64,000 nucleotides of DNA, from contig JBMNLZ010000003.1 of assembly GCA_050953065.1 (NCBI GenBank), positions 365,544 through 429,543 on the forward strand, written 5' to 3'. How positions within the stretch are numbered: the stretch's first letter is position 1; every line of letters begins with the position of its first letter. Position numbers and translations under genes: made by a program. The stretch is from Bacilli bacterium (GTDB lineage: Bacteria; Bacillota_I; Bacilli_A; ML615J-28; CAG-698). Below are positions 60,101-64,000 of the stretch, one piece after another. The notes beneath the pieces were generated by a model. The model saw only the letters and a list, made by a program, of their open reading frames with translations, had not been told where the DNA came from and ran no database searches.

Positions 60101-61191
60101 ACATAGTTAACTGTTACTTCATAAGTATTTGAAATTGAACCATCTTCTTCTAAAGAAACTGTAATTGTAGCAACCCCTGCTGCAAGACCTGTTACTTTAC
60201 CCGTTTGATCAACTGATACGATTTCATCTTGTTCAGTTCCCCAAACTAAAGTTCCAGTTGCACCACTTGGTTGAATTTCTGCAGTAAGGTTAATACTCTT
60301 ACCAGTATCTACACTAGTTGGACCTGAAATTGTAATCCCTGATGGATTAATTATTTCTGATACAACTTGAATTGTTTTTGTTTTTATTACACCTGGGTAA
60401 TCTACTAAAGAAACTAAAATAATTGTTGAACCAACAGAAACACCTGTTACAACTCCTGTTTCTGCATCAACTGTTGCAATTGCATTATTACTACTACTAA
60501 ATGCAGCTGCGAAATCTCCTGCAACATCTGCTGAATAAGTAAGTTGAATAGACTCACCAATTGCTACTACATTTTCGCCATATACTTCAAGTGCAGTCGG
60601 TACAACTATACTTCCTTCTGGAACAACATTAACTGTTACTTCATCATCAGCACCACCAGCTGCTGCTTTAACTGTTGTTGTTCCTTCTTTTAAGGCTGTA
60701 AACTTCCCTGCAGCTGTGATAGTTCCTACAGCTTGATTGCTAGAAGTCCACTTTAACGTGTCTGTATAAGCAACATTGCTTGTAACAGCGAAGTTATGTG
60801 TATCTCCTACTTCCAAAGTTATTTCTCTAGCCCCGTTTATCGTAAGCGTTAAAACAACAGGCGCTGTTACTGAAACAACTAATGTACAAGCCTTTCCTTG
60901 AACATTATTCAACCTTGCAGTAATTGTTGTACTACCAACACCTACTGCCTTTAAATAATAATCATCGCCTACTTGTTCGATAATTACTACTGCTTCATTC
61001 CCCGATGCATATGTTATGCTCGGTTTTTCAGCTAAATTAGTAATTGTTGGAAAAAGTTTTTCCGTTGCATCAACTTCTAATCTATAATTAGTTTTGTTGA
61101 AGGAAAAAGTTATTGGATTCGTATTTTGAAAACATCCAACCAATAAAAATAAGCCCAAAGCTAAAAGCAAAAATTTTCTCATTTTTCTCAT
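57187..61191 (-). CDS. giant surface lipoprotein: about 11 Big_2 domains, an uncharacterised ~260-aa insert with a Listeria-Bacteroides-type repeat, and more Ig-like domains
   Basis: Lipobox LGLFLLVGC|F. Many Big_2 units are present. The insert is ...YVFEGWYDNSGLTGSPVS...YYAKWT (Flg_new-like). There is no LPXTG and no C-terminal TM. Confidence 0.88.
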   Translation of the reverse strand: MRKMRKFLLLALGLFLLVGCFQNTNPITFSFNKTNYRLEVDATEKLFPTITNLAEKPSITYASGNEAVVIIEQVGDDYYLKAVGVGSTTITARLNNVQGKACTLVVSVTAPVVLTLTINGAREITLEVGDTHNFAVTSNVAYTDTLKWTSSNQAVGTITAAGKFTALKEGTTTVKAAAGGADDEVTVNVVPEGSIVVPTALEVYGENVVAIGESIQLTYSADVAGDFAAAFSSSNNAIATVDAETGVVTGVSVGSTIILVSLVDYPGVIKTKTIQVVSEIINPSGITISGPTSVDTGKSINLTAEIQPSGATGTLVWGTEQDEIVSVDQTGKVTGLAAGVATITVSLEEDGSISNTYEVTVNYVAPAVTSITINGPSTVQVGSTIELTAVASPEGASNEVSWVSLKTSRATITSAGVVTGVTEGTVTITAVSKSNSQIIGYKEITVTPGPSIEASATAETLYVGDTITVTGTVHNSSNTGVSYSSSNVLVATVNAETGVVTGVSAGTATIIATADVNASLVATVDITVAARPTITLSESAITISVTQEKTITATVTNLTDTTVTWSTSAAAYATVDQTGKITGVAEGTATITATANGDPNFTATVEVTVVPYPTITIDPTSATIVAGKTVKVTATVHNSSNTVVAYSSSDTSIATVNSSTGVVTGVAQGNVTITATADVDPDLKATCQITVNPAPTITMTPTTATVNQNETVTVTATVQNLSNTSVTYSSGDTSKATVNSSTGVVTGVAQGSVTITATSVGDPSLTATCQITVNPAPTITVAPTSGTLAIDATLQLTATVSYSSNTNVTWSTSNASVATVSSSGLVTAVAQGEAVITATAAVNTNLKATCQITVNPANYTLNYTLNGGSWSWSSGTVTTVPSGDYAGEYYIDGVSNLPEIFMQDFYKYLKDNNLLSSSLVASNLHKTTWDAFKANAVDPQAWYNWVSGTVVSYSKIDGYSQFFWNSIATDATTKKITSVTGGFFGTEPYQSKYKNLLETVHELYRTKEGAASSGYSPITTENAGVFHGRSAFGFILDGYFYGTQNVNSSTFANATLANSFRSCIPTPTLRYYESGSARVSAATTYQTTSYPHGQVAVLKEPFREGYVFEGWYDNSGLTGSPVSVIAAGTAPAAMYYAKWTAVGSYGGGSGTPSSITISAQYTSFAAGTTSQLSIVGGHQVTWSGEEGKAWIATVNETGLVTGVSAGTIIITATLVANPSVKATIELTITPGAGALTVKVQVPQSGGGGSYANPSLETISLALGGTAGYYQVFIWDTNQKAVSRLACNIVSSNTGILTISDTGNITTLATGGPVTITVTHKTGGNVGTVSVTVVA
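58622..59350. repeat. three in-frame tandem DNA repeats (243 and 246 nt) inside the 1334-aa gene
   Basis: The identical 29-mer GCTGGATTAACTGTAATTTGACATGTTGC starts at 58622, 58865 and 59111. Copies 2 and 3 also share a perfect 48-nt run (ACCTTGAGCAACACCTGTTACAACACCTGTTGATGAGTTAACTGTTGC). Confidence 0.85.
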
Positions 61192-61339
61192 AATTATTCA
61201 TCTCCTTTAAATAGATCTTACCCCCATTTTATATCCTTATTATAACATATTTTAGAAAAAGTAAAACCTTTTCATTAAAAAAAATAAAAATTTTTTAAAT
61301 TATCTTAAGGTATCTTTAAACTTCAAATAATAATAATTA

Positions 61340-61366
61340 AAAAATGCCTCTTTTTTAAGAAGCATT
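61340..61366 (-). terminator. possible terminator after dusB
   Basis: AATGCTTC/GAGGCATT stem (one G-U pair) followed by T5 on the minus strand. Confidence 0.45.
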
Positions 61367-61372
61367 AAGTTA

Positions 61373-62323
61373 TTATATTTCTTTAATAATCTCTATAATT
61401 TCAGAACTTTTTTTAGCATTTACTATTTTAAATTTTATTTCTTTAGCATTAACGAAACCTTTTAAGTAAAATCCTGCAATACTTTTAAATTCCAAAACCG
61501 CAACCTTTTCTTGTTTTAAAGTGACTAAATCTATTAAATGTTTAAGCATTTTATTTTTAATTTCTTCCCTAGATGGATTTACTAAAGGAAGACCATCTAA
61601 TGTATTAACAATATTTTCTATTAACCAAGGATTCCCTAAAATACCGCGGCCTATCATTACCATATCACATCCGGTATATTTAAACATTTCTAAAGCATCC
61701 TCAACAGTTTTAATATCACCATTTCCAATGACAGGAATCTTAACACTTTCCTTAACCATCTTTATGTAATCTAGATTTACCTTACCACGGTATAAATCAC
61801 TCTTAGTTCTTCCGTGAATTGTAATAGCACTAGCTTTAGCTTTTTCAATTGCTTGAGCTATTTCAACACAGTTAATTGAATCATGATCCCAACCTGCTCT
61901 AATTTTTACACTAACAGGTAAACCGACACTATCAACTACTGCTTTTACCATTTGATAGACCTTATCTTTATCTAAAAGTAATGATGCTCCAGAATTAGAT
62001 TTTAAAACCTTTTTAACAGGGCAGCCCATATTAAGATCAATCATATCTGCTTTTGTTTTTTCTTCGATTAAAATAGCAGCTTTTTTTAAATCTTCTATTT
62101 CTCCTCCAAAAAGTTGTAATGCTACAGGGCGTTCCTTTTCACTGATTGTAGTTAACTCCCAAGTCTTACTACTTTTATAAAGTAGCCCTTTAGCACTAAT
62201 CATTTCAGTAAAGACTAGTCCTGCTTTATGTTCTTTCATCATTTCTCTAAATACCAAATTACTATAGCCTGCAAGAGGCGCACTAGCAATAGGATTATTT
62301 ATTAGAATATTTCCTATCTTCAT
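61373..62323 (-). CDS. dusB: tRNA-dihydrouridine synthase
   Basis: LAPLAGYSN..FR, DLNMGCPVKKV and HGRT are the Dus family motifs. Confidence 0.9.
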   Translation of the reverse strand: MKIGNILINNPIASAPLAGYSNLVFREMMKEHKAGLVFTEMISAKGLLYKSSKTWELTTISEKERPVALQLFGGEIEDLKKAAILIEEKTKADMIDLNMGCPVKKVLKSNSGASLLLDKDKVYQMVKAVVDSVGLPVSVKIRAGWDHDSINCVEIAQAIEKAKASAITIHGRTKSDLYRGKVNLDYIKMVKESVKIPVIGNGDIKTVEDALEMFKYTGCDMVMIGRGILGNPWLIENIVNTLDGLPLVNPSREEIKNKMLKHLIDLVTLKQEKVAVLEFKSIAGFYLKGFVNAKEIKFKIVNAKKSSEIIEIIKEI

Positions 62324-62777
62324 CTGCTTTCTCTTTTCTTATTTTCTTAAAAAAACTTTGCATTAGATTTTTTATTTCTTCTTCATAAAGCCCACTAACA
62401 ACTTCAACCTTATGATTAAACTCGCATTTGTTAACATCTATCACACTATTAATAGCACCAAACTTTTCTTCTTTTAATCCATAAACTATTTTTTTCATTC
62501 TGGCTTGCATAATCACGCCACTACACATTAAGCAAGGTTCTACTGTAACATAAATTGTAGCATCATCTAATATCCAACGCTTTAATTTTTTACAGGCCTT
62601 TGAAATTGCTAAAACTTCTGCATGGTATAATACTTGTCTTTTTGTATGTCTTAAATTATGAGCTTTTGAGATTACTTTATTGTTAACTACTACAATCGCT
62701 CCAATTGGTACTTCGCCCTTAAGAAAAGCCTTTTTAGCTTCTAAAAAGGCTAGTTTCATATATTCTAAATCGCTCAT
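62295..62777 (-). CDS. tadA: tRNA adenosine(34) deaminase
   Basis: HAEVLAI and PCLMCSG are the zinc-site motifs. The start [10 protein letters not shown] at 62777 forms an ATGA overlap with the tdk stop; the track start at 62801 lies inside tdk. Confidence 0.92.
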   Translation of the reverse strand: MSDLEYMKLAFLEAKKAFLKGEVPIGAIVVVNNKVISKAHNLRHTKRQVLYHAEVLAISKACKKLKRWILDDATIYVTVEPCLMCSGVIMQARMKKIVYGLKEEKFGAINSVIDVNKCEFNHKVEVVSGLYEEEIKNLMQSFFKKIRKEKADEDRKYSNK

Positions 62778-63346
62778 TTTACAACATGGCAATGACGACA
62801 TCTTGCTTCGTAATGTTCTTTAGCACCAACCATAATAATAGGGTCTTCATATCTTGCTGGTTGTTGATCAATAATTCTTTGAGTTCTAGTAGCTAAAGTT
62901 CCACAAACCTGACAAATCGCACTAAGTTTTGTAACGTATTCTGCTCTTGCCATTAACTCTGGCATCACTCCAAAGGGTTCTCCTCTAAAGTCTCTATCAA
63001 GCCCTGCAATGATTACTCTAACTCCTTTATTGGCTAGATTTTCTGCTACATCAACAATTCCTTTATCTAAGAACTGTACTTCATCAATTGCAACTACTGA
63101 AACATCATTAGTAACGGCTTCTAAGATTTCGCTAGAGTTTCTAATTCCAATTGATTTAGCTCTCTCATTATTATGTGAAACAACTTCTTCGCTACTATAG
63201 CGACTATCTAATATAGGTTTAAATACTAAAATATTTTGTTTAGCATATTCAACCCTTCTAACCCTTCTTAATAACTCCTCAGTTTTCCCCGCAAACATGC
63301 ACCCTGTAATTACTTCTATCCAACCCGGTTTTATTTGAGCTTCCAT
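62774..63346 (-). CDS. tdk: thymidine kinase
   Basis: [15 protein letters not shown]-loop and C-terminal CxxC...CxxC zinc ribbon. RBS is AGGAGG. Confidence 0.93.
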   Translation of the reverse strand: MEAQIKPGWIEVITGCMFAGKTEELLRRVRRVEYAKQNILVFKPILDSRYSSEEVVSHNNERAKSIGIRNSSEILEAVTNDVSVVAIDEVQFLDKGIVDVAENLANKGVRVIIAGLDRDFRGEPFGVMPELMARAEYVTKLSAICQVCGTLATRTQRIIDQQPARYEDPIIMVGAKEHYEARCRHCHVVK

Positions 63347-63426
63347 TTGTATTCCTCCTTTTACATCCTACCTAAATTATACTACATTTCATTCATTTTA
63401 AAAAGCCATTTTTTATGTTTTTTAAG

Positions 63427-63455
63427 TTGACAAGGAAGTTTTCTTATTGTATAAT
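63427..63455 (+). promoter_or_regulatory. rpmE promoter
   Basis: TTGACA, 17 nt, TATAAT. The TTG start proposed by the ORF track (63447) lies inside this promoter. Confidence 0.6.
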
Positions 63456-63512
63456 CTACTAGTATCTTACTATAGTTACTATTTAATAAACTATGGCGGA
63501 AGGAGTAAACAT

Positions 63513-63725
63513 ATGAAAAAAGGAATTCATCCAAACTACCAAAAAGTTAAAGTTGTTTGTACTACTTGTGGAAACACTTTTGAAACTGGTTCAGTTTTAA
63601 AAGAAATGAGGGTTGATACATGTTCAAATTGTCATCCATTCTATACAGGGCAACAAAAATTTGTTCAAGCTACTGGTCAAGTTGAAAAATTCAAAAAACG
63701 TTTAGCTAAAAAAGAAGAAAAATAG
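63513..63725 (+). CDS. rpmE: 50S ribosomal protein L31
   Basis: [27 protein letters not shown]...[21 protein letters not shown] lies 7 nt upstream of the ATG at 63513. Confidence 0.93.
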   Translation: MKKGIHPNYQKVKVVCTTCGNTFETGSVLKEMRVDTCSNCHPFYTGQQKFVQATGQVEKFKKRLAKKEEK

Positions 63726-63739
63726 TTTTCTTTAAAAAT

Positions 63740-63761
63740 AAAACCTACCAATGTAGGTTTT
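63740..63761 (+). terminator. rpmE terminator
   Basis: AAAACCTAC/GTAGGTTTT stem with loop CAAT and a T-rich tail. Confidence 0.75.
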
Positions 63762-63777
63762 TATTTTTTATTAAATT

Positions 63778-63809
63778 AAAAAACTCATAACTTCTGTTAT
63801 GAGTTTTTT
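63778..63809 (-). terminator. terminator of the LemA-like gene (bidirectional hairpin)
   Basis: AAACTCATAAC/GTTATGAGTTT stem with loop TTCT and T/A runs on both sides. Confidence 0.7.
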
Positions 63810-63816
63810 GTTTTAC

Positions 63817-64000
63817 TTAAAAACTTACCTTTACATTTTGTCTTTCTTCTTGCATTACTTCAAAGAAAGCAGCTGATTTAAATCCAAACATTTTAGCGAA
63901 AATAACTCTTGGAAATACTTCTCTAAAATTGTTATATTTAAGAACAATATCATTATAGAATTGTCTTGAATAAGAAATTTTATCTTCTGTATCTTTTAAG
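63817..64000 (-). CDS. LemA family protein, C-terminal part (5' end beyond window edge)
   Basis: Not in the track. The minus-strand frame reads ...FYNDIVLKYNNFREVFPRVIFAKMFGFKSAAFFEVMQEERQNVKVSF*, the typical LemA C-terminus. Confidence 0.78.
   Translation of the reverse strand, partial: LKDTEDKISYSRQFYNDIVLKYNNFREVFPRVIFAKMFGFKSAAFFEVMQEERQNVKVSF

Noticed and set aside
52913-61191. Regular ~240-nt periodicity that could be mistaken for a repeat array or CRISPR-like structure.
   Set aside because: The periodicity is coding: one Big_2 domain per unit within continuous ORFs. The units are far longer than CRISPR repeats, there are no unique spacers, and no cas genes are present.
63447-63512. 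N-terminal extension of rpmE from the TTG at 63447 (track ORF of 92 aa).
   Set aside because: The TTG lies within the TTGACA-17-TATAAT promoter. The ATG at 63513 has a GGAAGGAG RBS and gives the canonical L31 N-terminus MKKGIHPNY.

Overview
This is a low-GC window (about 30% GC by eye) from a Firmicutes/Mollicutes-type genome. It uses the standard code: TGA acts as a stop in ATGA start/stop overlaps at 42767-42770, 4414-4417 and 62774-62777. Nearly every gene is on the minus strand.

Housekeeping content:
- tig (partial), tRNA-Arg, rsmD and a DagK-like lipid kinase.
- A heterodimeric ABC exporter pair.
- A complete rRNA operon: tandem promoters, 16S, tRNA-Ile, 23S, 5S, tRNA-Asn, tRNA-Glu, terminator.
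- A short 4.5S-type SRP RNA that is absent from the ORF track.
- dusB, tadA, tdk, rpmE and a partial LemA gene.

Accessory content, which is most of the window:
1. 18.0-52.5 kb is one contiguous amino-sugar / peptidoglycan-fragment salvage region split into several transcription units.
   - Recognisable enzymes are MurQ, AnmK, two GH3 NagZ-like enzymes, a DUF1343/NamZ-like protein, NagB, GH20, GHL10, a PIG-L deacetylase, two double-GNATs, an AmiE-like serine hydrolase and a LysA-M19 dipeptidase fusion.
   - It contains a nine-gene operon (29.3-44.7 kb) with four CUT1 permeases, a 1030-aa CBM-fused binding protein and three uncharacterised membrane proteins.
   - It has no ATPase and no regulator.
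2. 52.9-61.2 kb encodes two giant Big_2-repeat lipoproteins, one ending in a purple-acid-phosphatase-like domain, flanking a GDPD phosphodiesterase.
3. 1.9-3.9 kb is a small tRNA-proximal segment. It holds an HExxH mini-protein and a Fic gene split at an A8 tract, under a promoter covered by 12-bp phased direct repeats.

I saw no CRISPR array, IS element, integrase or prophage genes. All family names come from motif recognition by eye and need HMM or BLAST confirmation.
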